A stretch of 40,000 nucleotides of DNA from Granulicella rosea (GTDB lineage: Bacteria > Acidobacteriota > Terriglobia > Terriglobales > Acidobacteriaceae), in contig NZ_FZOU01000015.1 of NCBI RefSeq assembly GCF_900188085.1, positions 14,644-54,643 of the forward strand, read 5' to 3'. A program made the position numbers and the translations under genes. Within the stretch, counting starts at the first letter, position 1; every line of letters begins with the position of its first letter. Of the stretch, positions 24,455-34,074 are shown one piece after another. Under the pieces are notes generated by a model, which saw nothing but the letters and a program-made list of their open reading frames with translations, did not search any database and was not told the origin of the DNA.

Positions 24455-26749
24455 ATGGCTTTTGATAATAACGACGCGTCCATTGCGAGCGATTTAAACG
24501 ACGCGGAACAGGGATCGAGCGACCTAACCCTTGAAAGCGTTTGGGAGTTCCTGCGACGGCGCAAGATCTGGATCGCGCTCGGCATCGTGTTGGGTTTCCT
24601 GTCAGGCCTGGCGGTTTATCTCCATACGCCGCCGCTTTATACGGCAACGGCCATCGTCGAGTTGAATAAAGACTCATCCTCCGGGCTCGGTCTTCAAGAG
24701 CTTTCCGGTTTGAGCGACTCGCTGAGCGGCGGGATGGAGCTCAACACCGACATGTTGACCCATCAGCGGATTCTACAGAACGACAATACGGCCCTGTCGG
24801 TGATCTCCTCGCTAAATCTCATGCAGGAGCCTCCTTACAACGAGATCCCCAAGGGGAAGCTGCATGATGTGTACGAGCGTGAGCGCAGCCTGCCGCTCAA
24901 GGATGCACCTTATACCCGCGACCGCGTCTTGGCGATCTTTCATAAAGGACTCCAGGTAGAGGTACTGAAAAGTACGCGCCTGCTTGCCGTCTCTTACACC
25001 GACACGGATCGCAACCGCGCCAGCAAGATTGCCAACTATGTCGTGCAGGCGTACCTGCAAGACAATACGGAGAACCGTTACCAAGCGACCTCTATGGCGT
25101 CTACCTGGCTCACGACGCAGCTTGAGGATCTGAAGCGGAAGATTGAAGAGAATCATCGCCAGGTCGCGGCTTTTCAGCAAAAATCCGGCATTGTCTCCGA
25201 AGGAATGAGCGCCCCCGCTCCATCGGCCGGCGGTGGAGCGCGCGGCAATATCGGAGCGATGGCGCCGAGCGTCGACAGCACGGCGTTTCAACGGTTGAGC
25301 GCACTGAACGAAGAGCTGACCCGTGCTGAGGTAGCCCGCATCCAGCGGGAGGCTCTGTACCACATTATCCAGACCAATGATGTCGATCTGGTCCTGAACA
25401 GTGCCAGTTCGCTGGGTGCCGGTCTGGCCGGCGGCAATGAAATGCGCGTGTTGGGTACTTTGCGCGAACAGGCCTCGGCGATCAAAATCCGGATGGCCTC
25501 GGAGTCGGTCAAATTCGGCTCTCAGTATCCTGCGGTGCTGGAGCTGCAGAACCAGCTCAACTCCATCGATGCGCAGGTTCACGAGCAGATGGTCCGCCTG
25601 AACTCCGAGACCAGAAGCAGCTATCTGCTGGCCAAGGCCGATGAGGACGGGATACGGAAGCGCGCGACCGATCAGCGGCAACAGGTGCTCGAACTGGGCA
25701 ACAGTCTTACCGCGTTGACGTTCCTGCAGCAGGAAGAGAACACCAGTCGCGGTCTGTATCAGGATCTTTATACCCGTTTGCAGGAAGCGAGTATCTCTGC
25801 CGGCGTACGGTCGACGGATATGGTCATTGTCGATCCCGCCCGTCCGCCGAGCCTGAACTCCTCGCCCAACGCAAGCCGCCTGCTGGCGACCGGCACCGCT
25901 GCCGGTCTTCTGCTGGGCCTGCTGATTGGCATCGCGCTTCACCTGCGGGATCGATTTCTTTACACCATCGAAGATTTCCAAGCTGCGTGGTCCGCTCCCG
26001 TGATTGGAGTCGTTCCCCATTTTGTGGAGAACGGCCAGAGCAAGAATGTTCCCGCTTCTCCAGACAAACAGGAGGATGCCGCCTGGCTGATTCGCGCTCC
26101 TAAGTCGAAGTCGGCGGAGAGCTATCGGCAGATTCGCACCGCCATTCTTTTTTCAAGAATCGACGATCCGCCGAAGGTCATTCTGTTCACCAGCGGCATC
26201 AGCGGCGAAGGCAAGTCGACGACGGCCTACAACATGGCGGTGGCGTTCGCGCTGCAGACCAAGCGGGTCTTGTTGATCGATGCTGATATGCGCCGGCCGA
26301 CGATCCGAGAGCGTGTCAACCTGCAGCAGGGACGCGGTCTGAGCGATCTGCTCAGCCTGAACCTGGAGCTCGACGAGGTGCTGCAGCAACACCCGAACCA
26401 GGACAATCTCTTCATCATCGAAGCGGGCACCATCCCGCCCATGCCCGCAGAGCTGCTGGGGTCCAAGCGCTTCCTTGCGATCCTCGAAAAGGCGCGCAAA
26501 GAGTTCGACTACGTGCTGATCGACGGCCCGCCGGTTTTGCTGGTGACCGATCCGCTCCTGATCGCCCCGCATGCCGATGCGATCGTCGCGGTGTTCCGTT
26601 CAGGCAGGTCCACCAAGCAGGTCGTTCGCGCAACGGCTTCGATGCTGCGGCAGTATAGCGGCCGTCTGCTGGGCTATGTCGTCAACGATGTGGAATCAAA
26701 TCAGACGGCGTACGGTTACGGTTATGGTTACGATGCTTACTATCAGTAA
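24455..26749 (+). CDS. wzc: Polysaccharide co-polymerase / BY-kinase (Wzc, PCP-2a family)
   Basis: Start ATG at 24455 (MAFDNND...). An N-terminal TM helix is followed by a Wzz-type coiled periplasmic domain and a second TM helix. The kinase domain has Walker A SGISGEGKSTT, Walker A' VLLIDADMRRP and Walker B YVLIDGPPVL. The C-terminal Tyr cluster is AYGYGYGYDAYYQ (6 Tyr). Confidence 0.9.
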   Translation: MAFDNNDASIASDLNDAEQGSSDLTLESVWEFLRRRKIWIALGIVLGFLSGLAVYLHTPPLYTATAIVELNKDSSSGLGLQELSGLSDSLSGGMELNTDMLTHQRILQNDNTALSVISSLNLMQEPPYNEIPKGKLHDVYERERSLPLKDAPYTRDRVLAIFHKGLQVEVLKSTRLLAVSYTDTDRNRASKIANYVVQAYLQDNTENRYQATSMASTWLTTQLEDLKRKIEENHRQVAAFQQKSGIVSEGMSAPAPSAGGGARGNIGAMAPSVDSTAFQRLSALNEELTRAEVARIQREALYHIIQTNDVDLVLNSASSLGAGLAGGNEMRVLGTLREQASAIKIRMASESVKFGSQYPAVLELQNQLNSIDAQVHEQMVRLNSETRSSYLLAKADEDGIRKRATDQRQQVLELGNSLTALTFLQQEENTSRGLYQDLYTRLQEASISAGVRSTDMVIVDPARPPSLNSSPNASRLLATGTAAGLLLGLLIGIALHLRDRFLYTIEDFQAAWSAPVIGVVPHFVENGQSKNVPASPDKQEDAAWLIRAPKSKSAESYRQIRTAILFSRIDDPPKVILFTSGISGEGKSTTAYNMAVAFALQTKRVLLIDADMRRPTIRERVNLQQGRGLSDLLSLNLELDEVLQQHPNQDNLFIIEAGTIPPMPAELLGSKRFLAILEKARKEFDYVLIDGPPVLLVTDPLLIAPHADAIVAVFRSGRSTKQVVRATASMLRQYSGRLLGYVVNDVESNQTAYGYGYGYDAYYQ

Positions 26750-27821
26750 ATGGATCGACCAACCGGTCCAAAGGGTGAGATTTCAAGGGGTGAGAGCGGT
26801 GGCAAAAAAAAGTCTTCTGTACTCAGTTTGCCTGCCGAGCATATTCTTTCTCGCCGCATTCTGGTGCACTCTTGCGTCCGCCCAGACGAATACCTCCGTT
26901 GGCGCCAATTTAGATCAGCAGACGACCTCGCCTTCCCGGGGATCGTCCGCTTCCGCCTCCAGCTCCACCGGCCCTATCGCACTCCCGGAAAATTTCGGCC
27001 AGTTGCGCATCGGAGAGGCGTTCCTGTTGAACTTCGAAGTGGACGGCGTGCCGGAGCTATCGCAACAACTCACCGTCGAGGGTGGGAATATTGTCGTTCC
27101 TCTCCTTGGTCCCGTGCAGGTCGAAGGCGACAGCCTGAGAACCGCCGAGGGTAAGATCGCGAAGTTGCTAGTCGATGGCAAGTTGCTGAACAATCCGCTT
27201 GTGCATCTGCGCATCCTGCAATTTTCAAAGCCCTATGTGACCGTCGCCGGAGAGGTGCAGTCGCCCGGCCGTGTTCTGCTTCTCAGTCCACGCAGTGTGG
27301 TCGATGTGCTGGCGCTGGTTGGCGGCGAGACCACAGCGGCAGGCGGAACGGTGGACATCCGACGTATCGGAGCAGCGCCCGACACCGAGATCGAACAGGT
27401 GCCTTACACCAACGGAAGAGACTCCGCCGTGGCCCGCAACACCCTCGTCTATCCGGGAGACGAGGTCTACGTCCGCAGATCGGGCGTCGTGTACGTGCTG
27501 GGCGAGGTGCAAAAGCCCGGCGGCTATCTGATGGTTCACTCCGGCACGCTCTCGGTGGCCGAGGCAGTCTCGCTCGCGCAGGGCACGACGGCGATCGCCT
27601 CACTGGGCGAGGCGGTGGTCATACGCCGCAACGACAATAAGCTGGAGCGGATCACGGTGTCGCTTAAAAAGCAGGAGCGCGGCGAGGACGAAGCCGTCCA
27701 GCTAAAAGATGGCGACATGCTCTACGTGGCGACGAACAAGATCAAGTCGGCCTTCGTCACAACTCAGGGCATCATCGGCGCGGCCCTGGCCTCCGCCATC
27801 ATCGCCTCATCGCAGCGATAG
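26733..27821 (+). CDS. wza: Outer-membrane polysaccharide export protein (Wza/OPX family)
   Basis: Poly_export plus SLBB signature (LRIGEAFLLNFEVDGVPELSQQLTVEGGNIVVPLLGPVQVEGDSLRTAEGKIAKLL...VTVAGEVQSPG; VYVLGEVQKPGGY). C-terminal amphipathic helix SAFVTTQGIIGAALASAIIASSQR. The start is either ATG 26733, which overlaps the wzc stop, or GTG 26799. The latter gives the signal peptide AKKSLLYSVCLPSIFFLAAFWCTLASA. Confidence 0.85.
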   Translation: MLTISKWIDQPVQRVRFQGVRAVAKKSLLYSVCLPSIFFLAAFWCTLASAQTNTSVGANLDQQTTSPSRGSSASASSSTGPIALPENFGQLRIGEAFLLNFEVDGVPELSQQLTVEGGNIVVPLLGPVQVEGDSLRTAEGKIAKLLVDGKLLNNPLVHLRILQFSKPYVTVAGEVQSPGRVLLLSPRSVVDVLALVGGETTAAGGTVDIRRIGAAPDTEIEQVPYTNGRDSAVARNTLVYPGDEVYVRRSGVVYVLGEVQKPGGYLMVHSGTLSVAEAVSLAQGTTAIASLGEAVVIRRNDNKLERITVSLKKQERGEDEAVQLKDGDMLYVATNKIKSAFVTTQGIIGAALASAIIASSQR

Positions 27822-27831
27822 CCATCGAAGC

Positions 27832-29340
27832 TCAGGGGCGAGCGGGCAAAGGCTCGTCTTGCCTTGAGGCCTCACTTCCGGCAGGCATCGCGAAGTTATT
27901 CCCCTCGCCCAGAAGAAGCACATGCTGAAAGTAAGGATCGCTGAAATCCTTCAGGTTGATCTGCACCTTCCCATCGGCGTCGCGAACGTGATTGCGCTCC
28001 AGCTCGACGACGAAGCGGCCACCGCGCTCGTTCGGCGACCGCCCCGCGCCCAGATCGAGGTTCAGGCCGTTCTCTCCTGCTGGAGATAGGACATCGTTTC
28101 CGATGAGCGTATAGGAACACACGCCTGTATGCCGGATCGTCCCACGCACAATGATATTGTCCCTGATGATCGACTCCACCGCCTGATGGTTGGGCGATGG
28201 AGCCTGCCACGTACAGATATCCAATATCCCGGCCGCGCCGATCACCTGATTGCCTACAATGATGTTCTGGCCGCCGCTGGGAATGAAGCGGTTCTGAATG
28301 ACGCCGGCCATAATCAGGATCGTGCCGTACCGTCCGCTCTCCGAGATATGGTTTCGGCTGACCGAGCTGTCGTACGAGCCGACTAGTTGAATCGCCGCCA
28401 CATCGATCGAATCCGAGCCATACATCGGATCGACTTCTGTAATTTTGTTGTCGTCTATCTCGGCACTTACACAGACCTCGCAGTGAAGCGCCTGCCGGAC
28501 GCGGCGAACGGTATTGTGGACGATCGAGATACGGTCTTGCGCGTGGATCGGAACATCTGCATACGGGCCTTCCCCCGCCACTCCAATGCCGATCCCCTGG
28601 TTGACCAGCTTTCCATGCACGAGGTCGATCCTGTTGTCGGCAATGGAAAGCTGGCCGTCTCCGTAGCCGATGTTCCACTCGATGGCGTCGCCGCTCAGAT
28701 CGAAGAACTGGTTATGGTGTATCTCGGCGAATTGCACGGTGTGCGCCGCAGTGGAGCTGTCTCGCAGGATGCCGAACTGAACCTTGCTGAAGTAGACGTC
28801 ATGGATATCGAGCGTGCTGATGCCCTCTGCGGTCGGAGCGATCAGAATCGCTTCGTTGAGTTGTTTGTCGCCGTCGCTGACAAATCGTATTCCCGAGATG
28901 GTGACCCGGCCCTGTTGCACCCTGATGCCGAAGACATGGCCGCTGCCATCGTCCGTCATGCCGATGGAGCCGGTTCCCGATGCGGTCAGATCGCCCAGTG
29001 CGTTCAGTCTGCCGCCGGCGCCTTTGAGCGCGCCATCGAGCGTGAGTTGCGTAGCGGAAGGGAGCCGTAGTTCGCCATGAATGGACAGGGTGCAGTTGAC
29101 TGGAATATAGACACGCTGGCCTGTGCGGGCGCCCGCATCGAATGTCGCCTGCAGCGCCCTGGTATCGTCTGCCTTGCCATCGCATGCAGCGCCATGATCT
29201 CTCGGAGACTCTGCGGCCGAAACCCCGATTTCAGTTGTGGCTGAAGGCAGCTTCGGCAATCCGCTGGCATAGATCGCTTCGCAGGCCATGCAGAGCATGG
29301 AAGCTGCGCAGAAGAAGCTGTGGCGAACGCTTGCACGCAT
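27832..29340 (-). CDS. Secreted right-handed beta-helix protein (Pectate_lyase_3 / WcaM-like; candidate polysaccharide glycanase)
   Basis: Start ATG at 29340 (MRASVRHSFFCAASMLCMACEAIYA, signal-like). The motif GAACDGKADDTRALQATFDAG is typical of the Pectate_lyase_3 N-terminus. It is followed by many short I/V-x-G/N-N repeats characteristic of parallel beta-helices. The longer tracked ORF would overlap the divergent gene. Confidence 0.6.
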   Translation of the reverse strand: MRASVRHSFFCAASMLCMACEAIYASGLPKLPSATTEIGVSAAESPRDHGAACDGKADDTRALQATFDAGARTGQRVYIPVNCTLSIHGELRLPSATQLTLDGALKGAGGRLNALGDLTASGTGSIGMTDDGSGHVFGIRVQQGRVTISGIRFVSDGDKQLNEAILIAPTAEGISTLDIHDVYFSKVQFGILRDSSTAAHTVQFAEIHHNQFFDLSGDAIEWNIGYGDGQLSIADNRIDLVHGKLVNQGIGIGVAGEGPYADVPIHAQDRISIVHNTVRRVRQALHCEVCVSAEIDDNKITEVDPMYGSDSIDVAAIQLVGSYDSSVSRNHISESGRYGTILIMAGVIQNRFIPSGGQNIIVGNQVIGAAGILDICTWQAPSPNHQAVESIIRDNIIVRGTIRHTGVCSYTLIGNDVLSPAGENGLNLDLGAGRSPNERGGRFVVELERNHVRDADGKVQINLKDFSDPYFQHVLLLGEGNNFAMPAGSEASRQDEPLPARP

Positions 29341-29451
29341 CGTGCTGCACCTCATGGTCCTTCTCAGTGTAATCTCGCGTGGCGATGAGACCGGGTTTCG
29401 CCGGTATGTCTTTGAGACGCAGGCGTTAAGCCCGTTTGGTATATTTGTACT

Positions 29452-31374
29452 GTGCCTCCCACTCACTCCCTCAGATACCGTCCCGATATAGATGGGCTAC
29501 GAGCGATTGCGGTACTATCCGTCATTGCGTTCCATATCCAGTTTGTGTTCGCTCCCGGCGGCTATGTTGGAGTCGATATCTTCTTCGTGATATCGGGGTA
29601 TCTCATTACTTCGATTCTCGTTCGCGATATCTCGAACGGTCGCTTCAGTCTTTCCACCTTCTACGAACGACGCTGCCGCCGCATCCTGCCGCCGCTCGTC
29701 GTCGTTCTGCTGGGAACGATCGCACTGGCATACATCTATCTGCTGCCGGTCGATCTGATCGACTATGCGAAGTCGCTCTGCGCGACCGTCTTTTCCGCCT
29801 CCAATATCTATTTCTGGACCAAGGAAAGTTACTTCTCCGCTTCGGGGCCCTTGCTCCATACCTGGTCCCTGTCGGTCGAAGAGCAGTTTTACGTCGTCTT
29901 CCCGCTGTTCCTGGCGACTGTCTATCGCTATAAGCGCGATTGGATGGCCCGTGCCATCGTCGTGGTCGCGATCCTTTCCTTCTGTCTCAGCGTTTACAGT
30001 CAGTACCGCTGGCCGACGACGAACTTCTATATGCCGACGACCCGTGCATGGGAGTTGATGGTCGGTTCCATCGTTGCCCTGCGGGCCTTTCCTCACCCGG
30101 AAAAGCCGTTGACCAGAGCCATGATTGCCGCGCTCGGCCTTGCCTCCATGCTGGTGCCGATCCTGACGTATACCGCGGCCACGCCTTTTCCGGGATTGGC
30201 GGCGCTTCCGCCTTGCCTCGGTGCCGCGCTGGTCATCATCAGCGGCGAAGGCGAAAAGCCGACATGGCTGGGGTCGATTCTCTCGCTGCGCCCGATCGTC
30301 TTTGTCGGCAGCATCTCGTACTCTCTGTATCTTGTGCATTGGCCATTGATTATCTTTGGCGAAGATGGCTTCCTCCACTTCGTCAGCCTGTCGCACCGGG
30401 TCAACCTGCTGATCTTCATTGCAACATGTCTCGCGCTGGCCTCTCTGATGTACTACTTCGTCGAGAACCCGTTCCGCGCGAAGAAGATACTCGGCAGCAA
30501 GCCCAGCATCCTGATCGCCAGCGGCATCGGAATCGCCGCGATTGCGGCGGTCGGCCTCTCCATGCTGGCTCTCCACGGCATGGCGTCCCGGTATCCGCCG
30601 GAGGCGCTCAAGATCGCGCGTTGGTATCGCGACCCAAGCGAGATTGCGCAGTTCCGCCAGGGAACCTGCTTTGTCGCGTTCCCGGAGCCTTACTCGGAGT
30701 ACTCCCCGGCGACCTGCCTCCACCTTGATCCGCAGCGCAAGAATGTTTTGCTGATGGGCGACAGTCACGCTGCGGCGGCCTGGGCCGCGCTCTCGGCCGA
30801 CATTGCGCCTGCCAATCTGCTGCAGGCCACTGCCTCCAACTGCAAGCCGTTTCTGCTGAAAGGCGCACGCACCGACTGCGCACAACTGATGGCGTATGTC
30901 TTCGGGCAGTTTCTACCTAGGAATAAGGTTGACGCGATCGTCGTGACCGCGCGCTGGAAGGACTCCGACCTCGTCGAACTGGCGCATCTGGCGGACTGGG
31001 CGCACAAGAACAATACGCCGCTCATCGTGCTCGGTCCGGCGGTGGAGTATGACGCGCCTCTGCCGGTCCTGCTGGCATACGGCATTCGCGCCCACGATGC
31101 CGGCCTGGCCAATAAACACCGGATCACCCTGATCGATGGATTGGACAAACAGATGCAGACGGACGCCGCAAACCTCTGGCACGTGCCCTATATCTCTTTG
31201 GTAAATGCGACGTGTACAGCCGGCACGTGCGTCGAAACGGTGCCCGAACACGGTGCGGCCGGGGGGGACTCCGTTCCCATGCTGTTCGATCACGATCACT
31301 ATACCCAAACCGGTGCCGCCTATATCTTCGCCTGCCTGCGCCAGAGCGGGCAGCTCGACGCCGTGCCGCGATGA
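29452..31374 (+). CDS. Acyltransferase-3 family O-acyltransferase with C-terminal SGNH domain (OafA/YrhL-like)
   Basis: GTG start. The RYRPDIDGLRAIAVLSVIAFH motif is followed by about 10 TM segments (WSLSVEEQFY). The C-terminal soluble domain has LLMGDSHAAA (Ser block) and DHDHYT (Asp/His block). Confidence 0.9.
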   Translation: MPPTHSLRYRPDIDGLRAIAVLSVIAFHIQFVFAPGGYVGVDIFFVISGYLITSILVRDISNGRFSLSTFYERRCRRILPPLVVVLLGTIALAYIYLLPVDLIDYAKSLCATVFSASNIYFWTKESYFSASGPLLHTWSLSVEEQFYVVFPLFLATVYRYKRDWMARAIVVVAILSFCLSVYSQYRWPTTNFYMPTTRAWELMVGSIVALRAFPHPEKPLTRAMIAALGLASMLVPILTYTAATPFPGLAALPPCLGAALVIISGEGEKPTWLGSILSLRPIVFVGSISYSLYLVHWPLIIFGEDGFLHFVSLSHRVNLLIFIATCLALASLMYYFVENPFRAKKILGSKPSILIASGIGIAAIAAVGLSMLALHGMASRYPPEALKIARWYRDPSEIAQFRQGTCFVAFPEPYSEYSPATCLHLDPQRKNVLLMGDSHAAAAWAALSADIAPANLLQATASNCKPFLLKGARTDCAQLMAYVFGQFLPRNKVDAIVVTARWKDSDLVELAHLADWAHKNNTPLIVLGPAVEYDAPLPVLLAYGIRAHDAGLANKHRITLIDGLDKQMQTDAANLWHVPYISLVNATCTAGTCVETVPEHGAAGGDSVPMLFDHDHYTQTGAAYIFACLRQSGQLDAVPR

Positions 31375-32768
31375 TCCAGAAGATCAAAAGATCGCTCGCC
31401 AACCTGACGCTTAAGCCCTTCGACACCTCGACCGAGGACGGGCGGGCGCGGGAGCGGATGCGCCGTGTGTTTCTCACCTCGCTGGCCTCTGGCGTCTCGA
31501 AGGTCATCAGCGTCGGCGGCACGCTGGTCTCGGTGCCGTTCACGCTGCGCTATCTCGGGCCGGAGCTCTACGGCGTATGGATGGTGCTGGTCTCGATCAT
31601 CGGCGCCATGAGCTTTGCCGACCTCGGCATCGGCAACGGCCTGATGAACGCAGTCGCCGACGCCAGTGGCAAGGACGACCGCGTGGCACTCGAAGAGGCC
31701 ATCTCCAGCGCCTTCTTTCTGATGCTGATCATTGCAGGGTCGCTTACGCTGATCGGCGTGGTCGCCTACCCATTCCTGCCCTGGCCGCGGCTCTTCAACG
31801 TGCGCCCCGACCTGGCCGTGCAGGGCGCGCATGCCTTCGTCGTGCTCTACGCCTTCTTTGTCGCCAATATTCCCCTGGGCGTCATTCTGAGAATCCAGTC
31901 GGGACTGCAGCAGGGCTATCTTTCGAACATCGTCGCCGCAGCGGGCAGCGCACTCGGACTCATCCTGCTCTTCGTCGTCATCGTCCTGCACGGCAGCCTG
32001 TCATGGCTGGTCTTCGCCTCAAGCTGCGGCATCGTCGTCGCTACGCTGATCAACGGTTATCTGCTCTTTCGCGAGATGCCCTGGCTTCTGCCCCGGTGGG
32101 CGACGTATCACGGCACGACGTCGCGGCGGTTACTGCAAAGCGGCCTGATGTTTTTCATCCTGCAGACCGCCGTTGCGCTGAGCTATACCTCGGACAATAT
32201 CGTCATCGCGCAGGTCAAGGGCGCGGCCGCAGTCGCCGTGTATTCGGTTCCGCAGAAGCTCTTTGCCGTCATTTCCATGCTTATCTCCATGGTGCTTCTA
32301 CCGTTATGGCCGGCGTATGGTGAGGCGGCCTCGCGTGGAGACGTAGGCTGGGTACGGAGTACCTTTCTCAATTCTCTGAAGACGGCTTTTACGTTCTCCG
32401 CGCTCGCTGGCACGTTCTTTGTACTGATCGGTCCATGGCTGCTGAAGCATACCGTCGGCCGCGAGGTTCATCCCTCGATCGCGCTTTTAATCGCTCTTGC
32501 CGTCTGGAGCGTCATCGCCTCGATCTCCTCCTGCTTCTCCATGCTGCTGAACGGGGCAGGTGTGCTGAAGGTACAGTCGATCGTCGCCATCTTTGTCAGC
32601 CTCGCAAACCTGGGGCTTTCCATCTACTTCACGCGCCGATTCGGCATCATCGGCGTCTGCCTGGGCTCCATCCTCACTCAACTGATCATCACGCTGCCGA
32701 TCCAGAGTGTCCTGATTCGCAACCTGTTGCGCGATATGCGGATCAAGACGGTTGCGGCCAGTTCCTAG
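31371..32768 (+). CDS. wzx: Oligosaccharide-unit flippase (Wzx, MOP/Polysacc_synt family)
   Basis: The ATG at 31371 overlaps the stop of the preceding gene (ATGA). Polytopic protein of about 465 aa with the typical N-terminal region (ASGVSKVISVGGTLVSVPFTLRYLGPELYGVW). Confidence 0.8.
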   Translation: MIQKIKRSLANLTLKPFDTSTEDGRARERMRRVFLTSLASGVSKVISVGGTLVSVPFTLRYLGPELYGVWMVLVSIIGAMSFADLGIGNGLMNAVADASGKDDRVALEEAISSAFFLMLIIAGSLTLIGVVAYPFLPWPRLFNVRPDLAVQGAHAFVVLYAFFVANIPLGVILRIQSGLQQGYLSNIVAAAGSALGLILLFVVIVLHGSLSWLVFASSCGIVVATLINGYLLFREMPWLLPRWATYHGTTSRRLLQSGLMFFILQTAVALSYTSDNIVIAQVKGAAAVAVYSVPQKLFAVISMLISMVLLPLWPAYGEAASRGDVGWVRSTFLNSLKTAFTFSALAGTFFVLIGPWLLKHTVGREVHPSIALLIALAVWSVIASISSCFSMLLNGAGVLKVQSIVAIFVSLANLGLSIYFTRRFGIIGVCLGSILTQLIITLPIQSVLIRNLLRDMRIKTVAASS

Positions 32769-32907
32769 GGAACTTCTGAATAAGCCCGTGTTTTGAAACG
32801 GCGGGACTTCAGTCCCGCCGCAAATCATTCGGAATGAATGCGGCTTTAGCGCTTTAGCTGCCGAGGGAATGCTGGTCACTTGATCAGAACTACCCTAGCT
32901 AGAACAG

Positions 32908-32943
32908 AAGGCCTGCCGCGATCTCTCGGCGGCAGGCCTTTTG
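32908..32943. terminator. Hairpin terminator between the convergent wzx and fcl genes
   Basis: The arms aaggcctgccg (32908-32918) and cggcaggcctt (32930-32940) form a perfect 11-bp stem that runs into TTTT. A second, smaller hairpin cggcgggac/gtcccgccg lies at 32799-32820. Confidence 0.65.
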
Positions 32944-32960
32944 CAGCAAATCACACAGCG

Positions 32961-33932
32961 TTAGAGGAAGGTCTTCGCCAGCTCCCAGGTTCGGCCGATG
33001 CCTTCTTCGAGACCGACCTTGTGATGCCAGCCCAGATCGTGCAGACGGGTGACATCCATCAGTTTGCGCGGCGTTCCGTCCGGCTTGGTCGTGTCGAAGA
33101 CCAGCTCGCCCTCAAAGCCCAGCACCTTCGAGACGACCTCCGCCAGCTCGCGGATGGTGACGTCTTCACCGGTTCCGATGTTGATCAGCGGGGGACCGTC
33201 TTCGTTCATCAGGCTGCCGAACTTCGTTTCGTCCAGATTCATCAGGAAGATGCACGCCTCGGCCAGATCGTCCGAGTACAACAGTTCGCGGCGCGGCGTG
33301 CCTGTGCCCCAGACCGTGATGTCCTTCGCGCCTGCGGCCTTGGCCTCGGCTGTCTTGCGGATCAGCGCCGGCAGCACGTGCGAGTTTTTCAGATCGAAGT
33401 TGTCGCCCGGACCGTACAGGTTAGTCGGCATCGCCGCCAGGTACTTCGTGCCGTACTGACGGTTGTAGCTCCAGCACATCTCGATGCCGGCGATCTTGGC
33501 CAGCGCATACGGACGGTTGGTCGGCTCAAGCGGACCGGTCAGCAGGCAGGTCTCCGGCATCGGCTGGGGCGCCATCTTCGGATAGATACAGGAAGATCCG
33601 AGGAAGAGCAGACGTGTCACATCGACGTCGCGGCTGGACTCGATGATGTTGGTCTGGATCGTCAGATTGTCGCGAATGAAGTCCGCCGGATAGGTGTTGT
33701 TAGCGAGAATGCCGCCGACCTTCGCTGCGGCGAGGAAGACGTACTCCGGCTTCTCATCGGCGAAGAACTTCGCGACCGCCTCATGGTCGAGCAGGTCGAG
33801 CTCGGTCCGTGTGCGCGTAAGAATGTTGGTGTAGCCCTGTGCGGTGAGGCCGCGATGAATCGCCGAACCGACAAGACCACGGTGGCCGGCGATGTAGATG
33901 CGCGCGTCCAGGGGCATGAAATGGGAAGACAT
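32961..33932 (-). CDS. fcl: GDP-L-fucose synthase (GDP-4-keto-6-deoxy-D-mannose 3,5-epimerase/4-reductase)
   Basis: [15 protein letters not shown] Rossmann motif, [12 protein letters not shown], and YALAKIAG (the YxxxK catalytic motif). Typical length of 323 aa, adjacent to gmd. Confidence 0.95.
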   Translation of the reverse strand: MSSHFMPLDARIYIAGHRGLVGSAIHRGLTAQGYTNILTRTRTELDLLDHEAVAKFFADEKPEYVFLAAAKVGGILANNTYPADFIRDNLTIQTNIIESSRDVDVTRLLFLGSSCIYPKMAPQPMPETCLLTGPLEPTNRPYALAKIAGIEMCWSYNRQYGTKYLAAMPTNLYGPGDNFDLKNSHVLPALIRKTAEAKAAGAKDITVWGTGTPRRELLYSDDLAEACIFLMNLDETKFGSLMNEDGPPLINIGTGEDVTIRELAEVVSKVLGFEGELVFDTTKPDGTPRKLMDVTRLHDLGWHHKVGLEEGIGRTWELAKTFL

Positions 33933-34030
33933 AGCTCACTCCGTTCGATCATGGGATGTTGCAGGGAGGCGCAAAGACGCAAACGGCGCACCCGAAGGCA
34001 TCCAGCTTGGTCGCTCTTCTGACTTGAAGC

Positions 34031-34067
34031 GCAGCCTGGGGCGGCAGAAATCGCCGCCCCAGGCTGC
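34031..34067 (-). promoter_or_regulatory. Intercistronic stem-loop between gmd and fcl
   Basis: The arms gcagcctggggcggc (34031-34045) and gccgccccaggctgc (34053-34067) form a perfect 15-bp GC-rich stem with a 7-nt loop. It starts 8 nt after the gmd stop, and neither strand has a U-tract. Confidence 0.6.
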
Positions 34068-34074
34068 CGAGGTG

